A DNA stretch of 64,000 nt from Eledone cirrhosa (taxonomy: Eukaryota): positions 7,006,001-7,070,000 of the forward strand of contig OZ024745.1 in NCBI GenBank assembly GCA_964016885.1, given 5' to 3'. The translations under genes and the position numbers were made by a program. The notes under the pieces are model-generated. The model was given only the letters and a program-made list of their open reading frames with translations, was not told the DNA's origin and did not search any database. Positions 48,158 to 56,335 of the stretch are shown here, piece after piece. Each line of letters opens with the position of its first letter. The stretch's first letter is position 1.

Positions 48158-48372
48158 TATAAAGAAAAAAAGATGAAATCGAAAATGCAACTGGAGTCTT
48201 ATTTTTAAAAATATATATATATTTATTTGGTTCCTTTACCGGTTTCGAGTTCTTCTGTTTTTGAAAAGCAGAAGAACTGCGAAACCGGTAAAGGAACGAA
48301 ATAAATATATATATTTTTTTTTTTTAAATAAGACTCCAGTTGCATTTTCGATTTCATATTTTTTTCCTTATA
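48158..48372. repeat. ~215-bp near-perfect palindrome (inverted pLTR-like duplication)
   Basis: ATGAAATCGAAAATGCAACTGGAGTCTTATTT...TTCCTTTACCGGTTTCG is mirrored by CGAAACCGGTAAAGGAA...AAATAAGACTCCAGTTGCATTTTCGATTTCAT; centre near 48262. Confidence 0.92.
48258..48293 (+). ncRNA. Minimal hammerhead core at the palindrome centre (5' strand of stem I mostly lost)
   Basis: TTT-TTGAAAA-GCAG-AAGAA-CTGC-GAAA-CCGG-TA-AAG. Stem II is a perfect 4 bp, stem III is palindromic and the triplet is GUA, but stem I is only about 3 bp. Confidence 0.55.
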
Positions 48373-48434
48373 CTTTCACTCGTGTAGGACACCTCGGTTA
48401 TTTTTAATTCTGTAAAAAAAAATCTCACTTTCTA

Positions 48435-48469
<35 letters not shown>

Positions 48470-48512
48470 TGCGTTGCAAACCTTCCTCCAAGAGATGTTA
48501 TAGTTAATATTT

Positions 48513-49082
48513 TTGTCTTTTAAGGACCATATGAGTTCGATGAATGTTCATAACACCAATCTAAATCTGGAAATTATGGTTCCTATCGTAAATAGCTTCT
48601 CCAATCCAATTCCTTCTATAAATAATAGTAGGTCACTTGTTAATAACTCTGTTAATTTCTCTAATCGTAATTGTAATTGCCCTGTTAGCACTAAATGTCC
48701 TCTTAATAACCAATGGCTTGATAAAAACTTAGTGTATGAATGTAAGGTTATAACTGGTACTAATTATTTTACCTATTTCGGTTCCATTTCCTTTAAAGCA
48801 AGATTTTATAATCACAAATCGTCTTTTAAATACCAACTTAAAAGAACTAACACGGCACTCTCGGAACTCATATGGTCCTTAAAAGACACAAATATTAACT
48901 ATGACATCTCTTGGAGGAAGGTTTGCAACGCCATTTCTTCCCTATCCAGAATATATAATCTCTGCCTAGCCGAGAAATTTACCATTATATCTAATTTTAA
49001 TTCTATAATAAATAGACGTACGGATTTATTTTCGCTCTGCTTGCATAAATCCCATAGAACTTTCCATAAAGTATACAGCTAA
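48513..49082 (+). pseudogene. Penelope-like GIY-YIG endonuclease domain remnant with Cys-rich linker; no RT present
   Basis: CNCPVSTKCPL, LVYECKV...TYFGS, FKARFYNHKSSF, TALSELIWSLKD, NLCLAEK, INRRTDLFSLCLH follow the motif order of PLE C-terminal endonucleases. Confidence 0.85.
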
Positions 49083-50034
49083 TATCTTCTTTTTCTCAAA
49101 GGCTTTTATATCTTTTACAAATATACCCATCTTTCTACCTTATTTCAGTATATTATATTATACAATTTACTCATTCTATGTTGTTAGAGGTCCCCTATCT
49201 TTCTTCTTTTTATCCTTTTTCCTTTCTTCCTTTTTTCTTTTTTAATTTCTAATCTTTAATCTGTAACTTTTACTTCTCAATTACTTCTTAATGCATATTA
49301 TTACTCACTTTGGCTTTTTCCATTTTTCCATTTTCCCTCATATTATTGGCCATAGAAACTATATTTTTTTAATATATAATAATATTACCATTAGAAAATT
49401 TTGTAAACATATATACTTTTTGACGTTATATATTTTTTCTTCTTTCTTCTCTCCTTCCGCACTCGTATTAAACCTATTATTTACTTTCACATATTACAAT
49501 ACATAAAAACAAACTTAAACCCTAACTAATTCCTCTAAGTTCATAATTCATTAAATCTCTCCTTCTTTCACATTATAGCCTTAATATTTTTATTTTAATA
49601 ATACATATTAATAAATTCTTTTTTCGCACATATTATTAAACCCTTCAATATATAAACCTTAAATAAATACATTCCTTTTCCTTCAATCATAAACATCACC
49701 ATCCATAAACCTCATTAACTTTTAATTTCAAATTCTTTTTAAATTATCTATTATCTTTCAACGGTTTTTTTAATTTCTCTCTGTGAGACAATGTTTTCTC
49801 TGTTTTAAAGGCTATTTCTCTCTCTCTATCACTCATTTCTCCTCCTCTCTCATCCTTCCTTCTTATACTCCTCCCCCGTCATCCTTTATTTTCTTTCTTC
49901 CTCTTCCTTACTTTTTCCTACCCCCCCCCCTCCTTTTTTCGCAACCTCATATATCCAGCTTACTTTATTTTTCATATGTTGATTTAACACTTCACTGCTC
50001 GCAAGTGTTTTTTAAGCTTCATATCATGTCTCCC

Positions 50035-50105
50035 TATTTTATCTGATGAGAACGCAAATATCATCCCATGATGATATTTGTTTTTGAAATGCGCATAATA
50101 AAATA
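50035..50105 (+). ncRNA. Type I hammerhead ribozyme in the PLE 3' end
   Basis: TATTTTAT-CTGATGA-G...CAAATATCATC(CCAT)GATGATATTTG...T-GAAA-TGCGCA-TA-ATAAAATA. Stem I is 8 bp, the stem II core is a perfect 11 bp and stem III is palindromic. Predicted cleavage follows A50097. Confidence 0.88.
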
Positions 50106-50224
50106 CTTGGAACTCTTTTAACCATCTTTTGATCTTATATTATTTATACTCCAGGCCTATAAACTGTGGAGTGCTACTTATCCGATATTTGCTTTGCTTT
50201 ATTGTGCTACAATAAAACTCACCT

Positions 50225-50269
<45 letters not shown>

Positions 50270-50656
50270 GGTGTAACCACAGTAAATAAGGTACTTAATA
50301 CATGTGTAGAGAGAGAACTCTCGTCGGAAAAAACAGATGTCAAACAACAACAACAACAACAACATAGACCAGGAAATATTGGTAAACCATTCCTATGGAA
50401 ACTGCCAGGAAATCTAAAGACGACAGGTATTTGGGACAGAAAGGAAAGAGGAAATACTAATGTACTATTCCAGAAGTGAGCTGTCCAAGGAATGTGAGCA
50501 GTTTATTGACAATTATCAATATGATGATGATGATGATAATTAGTGAGAAAGACAAAACTTGTGGTCAACTTCTTCGAGTTCATAACTTGTCTATCCAGAT
50601 TAAATTTAAATTGCGTTAATTATTAACGAACTTGGTTATGTTAGTAATTAAGTTTC

Positions 50657-50840
50657 ATTTATGATTAGAGAATTGAGCTGACAATCGTGAGGTTGTGAGT
50701 TCGATTCCCAGACCGGGGGAGCGTGTTGCGTCTTTGAGCAAGACAGTTTATTTCTTGTTGTTCCAGTTCATTTAGCTGAAAAACTAACTTGTGACGTCAC
50801 TGGTGCCAAGCTATATCGATCTTTACCTTTCTCTAGGGTC
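50657..50840 (+). mobile_element. Diverged tRNA-derived SINE of a second family (CORE-like body)
   Basis: B box GTTCGATTCC at 50699-50708, followed by TCTTTGAGCAAGACAGTTTATTTC...CCAGTTCATTTAGCTG, which resembles the CORE domain. Confidence 0.62.
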
Positions 50841-51230
50841 TTTTGGGCAGGGAGAAATATCCTGTAATATATAACCTACAAATCTGATACCTTCTTCCGC
50901 TATATCTCTTTCTCATTTCCTCTCTATCATTCTTTCTCTCTTCTTATTTGGAAAACAGCTGCTGTGTTCAGGCCTAGAAAGGGATCGGCTCAGTCAGGCC
51001 CAAGAAACACCGTATGTGACTATGAAGTCCGTACGACTCCATCAGCAGTTACAGATCAAAGGAAAGGACCCACACACACACACACATAAATCAACGTTTA
51101 GCTACTAATTCCATCCATAAACTATGCTTGATAGGCAGAAATAACAGAAGGAAAGCACAAAGTATTTCCATCAATTGTGTTTTACCTTTTGCAACATTCC
51201 TTCCTTAATAACAACAAACATTTGAAATAA

Positions 51231-51408
51231 TTGTTTCTACTTTTGGCACAAGGCCAGCAACTATCCCAGTGTATTACTGGTACTTTATTTTATCGATCCC
51301 GTAAGGATGAAAGGCAAAGTTAACATCGGCGGGATTTGAACTCAGAATGACAATGGGCCGTAACTCTATGCGTCAAAGCATGGCGTCCGACCCTCTACCG
51401 ATACTGCC
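51231..51408 (-). mobile_element. Dispersed copy of the satellite-embedded SINE family, intact B box
   Basis: Colinear with 16850-17035; the minus strand reads GAGTTCAAATCCC. Confidence 0.88.
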
Positions 51409-51471
51409 CATAGATATGGTACAGAAATGCTCATATGTGTCTGTGTGTGTATATATATATAGAGAGAGATG

Positions 51472-51502
<31 letters not shown>

Positions 51503-51551
51503 CGTAAAATAAGAAAATTATAAAATTAACTTACTTACTAATATATATATA

Positions 51552-51888
51552 ATATTTAATACAATAACAGAGATAGCTTAACGCTAAATTCCGACTGGTA
51601 ACCATCTCACTCAACAAACATTAGGTTATATGTTAGTATAACCCAATTTAAGTGTTTGGGGTGCTAACTATATGTATTTTGTGGAAAGCCAGTTGTATTA
51701 TTTTATGAGATATAATTAAAGTTAAAATATATCTCTCTTTCCAAACAATTGTTTCATTATAAGTTTTCTACAAATTGGGAGAATGTTTCCAGTTTATGTA
51801 GAAGCCTAACATATATTCATGTAAGAATATATTTAGGTGGGCACTTATAAATCTTCAGTGGAAGCCCATTAAACTTTGATATAAGAAA
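51552..51888 (-). mobile_element. 337-bp hammerhead-bearing pLTR-like repeat, copy 2
   Basis: Direct repeat of 47212-47548 (offset 4340 bp); TA-rich microsatellite on both sides. Confidence 0.8.
51739..51863 (-). ncRNA. Type I hammerhead ribozyme (same as 47399-47523)
   Basis: Same sequence as the copy 1 hammerhead. Confidence 0.78.
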
Positions 51889-52143
51889 CATATATATAGA
51901 GAGAGAGATGTATATATATATGTGTGTCTGTGTGTGTGTATATATATATATATATAGAGAGAGAGAGATGTATATATATATATATATACGTATATATATG
52001 TGTATGTATATATATATAGAGAGAGAGATGTGTATATATATATATATATATACGTATATATATATGTAGGTGTCTGTGTGTGTGTGTATATATATATAGA
52101 GAGAGAGATGTATATATATATGTATATGTGTGTATCTGTGTGT
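51889..52143. repeat. Compound (TA)n/(GA)n/(TG)n microsatellite
   Basis: Recurring TATATAGAGAGAGATGTATATA...GTGTGTCTGTGTG blocks. Confidence 0.9.
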
Positions 52144-52322
52144 AAATATATCAGACTGTCTGTAATGAATGTTCTTTTATTTTTGTTTCGACTATCTCCT
52201 CCCCCTCCGCCCCTCCCCCCACCTTCCTCCTCCACCCACCTTTCTCCTCCACCATCTCCCTCCTCCTCCCATGTCTTTCACTAACTTTTATATATTTCTA
52301 TCCTATATTTCCTAAATTTTAT

Positions 52323-52339
52323 TTTATCCTTCATTTATT

Positions 52340-52370
<31 letters not shown>

Positions 52371-52570
52371 CCGCTCTCTCTCTCTCTCTCTCTCCCGCTC
52401 TCTCTCTCTCTCCCTCTCTCGCTCACTCTCTCTATCTATCTCTCTCTCTCTCACTGACACTGATTTTCTATTTCCCTCTCTCCTTTTGTCTCTCTTCTTT
52501 TCCATTTGTTTCCAACTCTCTCTCCTTCTCCCCCTCTCTCTCTATCTATCCCCCCTCTCTCCTGTCTCTT
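52323..52570. repeat. (CT)n-rich tract
   Basis: Long CT runs. Confidence 0.9.
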
Positions 52571-52807
52571 CCATACAGGCAAATCTTTGGTCTGTTTGTA
52601 TTATCTTAGAAGTTCAAAGAGAACTAATCAGGGAGTCGTGTTTTCTCGACAAATAGAGTAACACAATATGGCCGAGCAGCCGACAGCAGAGCTGCTGCAC
52701 AAGAGACGACAGAGTTGGAAGAATAATAATGATAATAAGAATAAAAGAACGAAAGAAGAAGGGAGGCGATGATGATTGTAGTGGAGAACGACGAAGAACA
52801 ACGAACC

Positions 52808-53880
52808 AAACAACAACAACACCACCACCACCAGCAACACCAACAACACCATCAACACCAACAACACCACCACCAACAACACCACCACCAACAACACCAC
52901 CACCACAAGCACCACCACCAACAACACCACCACCAACACCACCAACACCACCACCACCAATAACACCAACAACAACACTATCAACACCAACAACACCACC
53001 ACCACCAATAACACCAACACTAACAACACCAACAAAACCAACAACACCACCAACAACACCACCACCAATAACAACACCACCAATAACAACACCAACACCA
53101 CCACCACCACTAACAACAACACCACCACCAACACCAACACCACCAACAACACCAACAACAACACCAACAACACCAACAACACCAACAACAGCACCAACAC
53201 CAACAACAACACCAACACCAACAACACCAACACCACCAACAACAACACCAACACCACCAACACCACCACCAACACCACCAACACCACCAACAACACCACC
53301 AACAACACCACCACCACCAACACCACCACCACCAACACCACCACCAACACCACCAACACCACCAACACCACCACCACCAACAACAACACGAACACCACCA
53401 ACACCACCAACACCACCAACAACAACACCACCAACACCACCAACACCACCAACAACACCAACAACACCAACAACACCAACAACACCACCAACAACACCAC
53501 CAACACCACCAACACCACCAACAACACCACCAACACCACCAACACCACCACCAACACCACCAACACCACCAACACCACCAACAACAACACCAACACCACC
53601 AACACCACCAACACCACCACCACCACCACCAACACCACCAACACCACCACCAACACCACCACCAACAACACCACCACCACCACCAACACCACCACCAACA
53701 ACACCACCACCACCACCAACACCACCAACAACACCACCACCACCACCACCAACACCACCAACAACAACACCACCAACACCAACAACAACACCAACACCAA
53801 CACCACCAACAACAACACCACCAACACCAACACCAACACCAACACCACCAACACCACCAACACCACCAACACCAACAACA
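52808..53880. repeat. Compound (ACC)n/(AAC)n trinucleotide array, ~1.07 kb
   Basis: Almost exclusively CCA/ACA triplets. Confidence 0.95.
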
Positions 53881-54166
53881 CGATAGAACCAACGTAATGT
53901 CATCCAGTATATTGTATGCGTATGTGTGAGTGAGAGTTTGTGTCTGTATGTGTATGTATGTGTGTGAGTGTGTGTATGTGAGTATGCATGTATGTGTTGG
54001 ATTGTTCGTTCTCTCTCTATATATGTACATTCATACATGTGTACATATACATACATACACCATATATATACTCACATATATATACACACACACAGGAGCT
54101 TCCAACAGAAATGGTCGCATTCTTTAAGGGTATGTCAATATTTATTTATAAAACTGATCTATATTA

Positions 54167-54231
54167 TATTTTATCTGATGAAAGCACACCATAATTTAAC
54201 TTGTTGTCCTTGAAATATGTATAATGAAATA
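54167..54231 (+). ncRNA. Type I hammerhead ribozyme
   Basis: TATTTTAT-CTGATGA-AAGCACA...TGTCCTT-GAAA-TATGTA-TA-ATGAAATA. Stem I is 8 bp with one G-U, and stem II pairs 6 of 7. Confidence 0.8.
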
Positions 54232-54272
54232 CATATGGTTTTATAAATATAGTTTCCATTTGTTAATATATC

Positions 54273-54310
<38 letters not shown>

Positions 54311-54367
54311 GTGTATAATGGTAGCTATGGTGCTTCCAGTGATAAAATTTGCTCCGAACGAACTACC

Positions 54368-54458
54368 CGTGTCTGAAAGAACCTGCAGCCGTAGAATCAG
54401 CCAGATCCATACGGGGACCATGTCTCGAGCTACCTACCGGCGAAACAATTGTAACACG
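54368..54458 (+). ncRNA. Atypical or degenerate hammerhead with an expanded core
   Basis: CGTGT-CTGAAAGA-ACCTGCA-GCCGTAG...CTACCGGC-GAAA-CAATTG-TA-ACACG. All three stems are present, with extra nucleotides between CUGA and stem II. It lies in a ~200-bp island between two (TA)n tracts. Confidence 0.55.
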
Positions 54459-54604
54459 TAATAAATTAAGTCCAGATGCATCACTGATTTTTCGTTTTCT
54501 TTATACTATATATATATATATATATATATATACATTATGAAGAGAGAAGAAACATTTAGATATAATTAGTAATAAAATGTATCATACCTAAACTGCTCCT
54601 AAAT

Positions 54605-54692
54605 TCCTCGACTACGTAGTTTCGTGGCATAAACAAAAACAATATATCAAAGATATAGAGTCCTTGCGAGGTCTGCCGACTTATCAAGAGGA
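54605..54692 (-). ncRNA. Type I hammerhead, U3-A8 core variant, copy 1
   Basis: Minus strand reads TCCTC-TTGATAA-GTCGGCA...TGCCAC-GAAA-CTACGTAG-TC-GAGGA, with a GUC triplet and an 8-nt palindromic stem III. Confidence 0.82.
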
Positions 54693-55198
54693 TACCTCAT
54701 TTTACTAGTCTCAAGAACGCGTCTACACGACGTGAGAAAGAATCCCAAAAGGCGGAGGGGGAGATAGTCACGCGATATAACGGTCGAGAAACAGAGCTAA
54801 GCCTCTTATAACCACGAAGAAAATACCACGGAGGCGGAGGGGGTATTCATATCGAGGCCGTAGAAGAGGTAGTGAAGAAGGCGAGAAGTATGAGTAATGG
54901 AAGCTTTCCAGTTGTCCCCACACTTCAAAGATTGCTCGACCAGAGGGAGTTATTAACAATATATTTAGAAACACACAGATACATGCGGACACACATATAT
55001 ATACATGAATGCATCCGCACCCAACTGTGAGTTAAGGGTGCCAACTTCACCGATGTTGCTCAATGAATGACTGGGACAGACCAATTCAGTTTGAACCAGA
55101 CTGAACCAGTATCAGAGTTAAAAATACATTATGAAGAGAGAAGAAACATTTAGATATAATTAGTAATAAAATGTATCATACCTAAACTGCTCCTAAAT

Positions 55199-55286
55199 TC
55201 CTCGACTACGTAGTTTCGTGGCATAAACAAAAACAATATATCAAAGATATAGAGTCCTTGCGAGGTCTGCCGACTTATCAAGAGGA
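55199..55286 (-). ncRNA. Type I hammerhead, U3-A8 core variant, copy 2
   Basis: Identical to 54605-54692. Confidence 0.82.
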
Positions 55287-55476
55287 TACCTCATTTTACT
55301 AGTCTCAAGAACGCGTCTACACGACGTGATATTTATATAACCAAAGTTTATATGGTTCATTGATTATTCAACGAATACAATTTTACAATAGATTAGAAGC
55401 ACTCGACAGTATTTATCAGGAGTATTTAATATTATTCAAAATATTAATAAATGAAAAATATTCCCATAACCAAAAT

Positions 55477-55545
55477 ATATATTTTATTATACATATTTCA
55501 AAGGTACAATGGTATTTCAGTGCGTTTTCATCAGATAAAATATAT
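55477..55545 (-). ncRNA. Type I hammerhead ribozyme related to 54167-54231
   Basis: Minus strand reads ATATATTTTAT-CTGATGA-AAACGCAC...GTACCTTT-GAAA-TATGTA-TA-ATAAAATATAT. Stem I is 11 bp and stem II is imperfect. Confidence 0.8.
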
Positions 55546-55651
55546 GAGATATTGGATATGCGACATACCGCTAAGGTCTTGATTATTCAATTCCTGTAGT
55601 GGTATATATATAGAGAGAATTATAAAACTGAATTAAAGACTCACGTCAATC

Positions 55652-55748
55652 CCCTATAATTTAATGAGCTCAAGGATTAAACACCGGGCTCTTTATAACA
55701 CAGTATATAGAGAAAACTACACAAAGATGTATGTGGTCAATTATAGGG
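55652..55748 (+). ncRNA. Decayed hammerhead relic
   Basis: A 10-bp stem CCCTATAATT/AATTATAGGG encloses TAATGA-GCTC...GAG-AAAA-CTACA...TGTGG-TC; the core nucleotides are mutated. Confidence 0.45.
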
Positions 55749-55783
55749 ATAGAATACCACCAGAGTGAAAATATATATTCATG

Positions 55784-55844
<61 letters not shown>

Positions 55845-55850
<6 letters not shown>

Positions 55851-56009
55851 ACGAGTAGGACCCCGACGGCTGAACTCAAGCCGTTTCGACGGTTAATTCT
55901 GGACTAAATTAGCATAATTAACCATATAAAAAATCAATTAGACCATTTAGTCCAGAATTAGCCGTCGAAATGGCTTGAGCTCAGCCGTCGGGGTCCTACT
56001 CGTTCCTAT
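55845..56009. repeat. 65-bp inverted repeat with a 35-bp spacer
   Basis: 55845-55909 and 55945-56009 are reverse complements with 4 transition mismatches; the spacer recurs at 56172-56211. Confidence 0.9.
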
Positions 56010-56086
56010 TACCCACTCTACTACCCTAAGTATTGAGTACTTTGGTGCGTTATGGTCCATCTGGTTCCTTACCACATTTCCTTCGT

Positions 56087-56119
<33 letters not shown>

Positions 56120-56335
56120 CACAAATCATGTCCTTAGAATTATTAGATAAAATATATACCATTTCCTCTCCAAATTAGCATAATTAACCATATAAAAAAA
56201 TCAATTAGACCAGGCTATAAGAATAAAGGCTCCTATGAAGAAATATTTGATAAATAACCGAAAGCAGCCTCTTCGCGGTGACCCCAATAGAGTATTTACC
56301 CAACATGCTGTTGAAATCTATCTATCTATTTATCT

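Larger units (their letters stand above)
48468..50226 (+). mobile_element. 5'-truncated Penelope-like retroelement (endonuclease remnant, 3' UTR, hammerhead) inserted in (TA)n
   Basis: Bounded by (TA)n at 48435-48467 and 50227-50266; contains a GIY-YIG ORF remnant and a downstream hammerhead on the same strand. Confidence 0.8.
54530..55329 (-). mobile_element. Retrozyme-like non-autonomous element: two 206-bp hammerhead-bearing direct repeats flanking a 388-bp non-coding core
   Basis: 54530-54735 and 55124-55329 appear identical (offset 594 bp). Each carries a hammerhead, there is no meaningful ORF, and the left end abuts (TA)n. Confidence 0.82.

Noticed and set aside
51020-51048. Minus-strand CTGATGG followed by an AGTC/GACT hairpin, resembling a hammerhead start
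   Set aside because: A9 is missing and no GAAA or stem III follows.
52614-54056. Mucin-like, Gly/Val-rich, Leu/Val-rich and Trp/Cys-rich ORFs
   Set aside because: Several frames on both strands are open because of the ACC/AAC microsatellite, so it is not called as a CDS.
55960-55985. GTCGAAA(C/T)GGCTTGAG as a hammerhead 3' half
   Set aside because: There is no pairing stem III and no upstream CUGANGA or UUGANAA.
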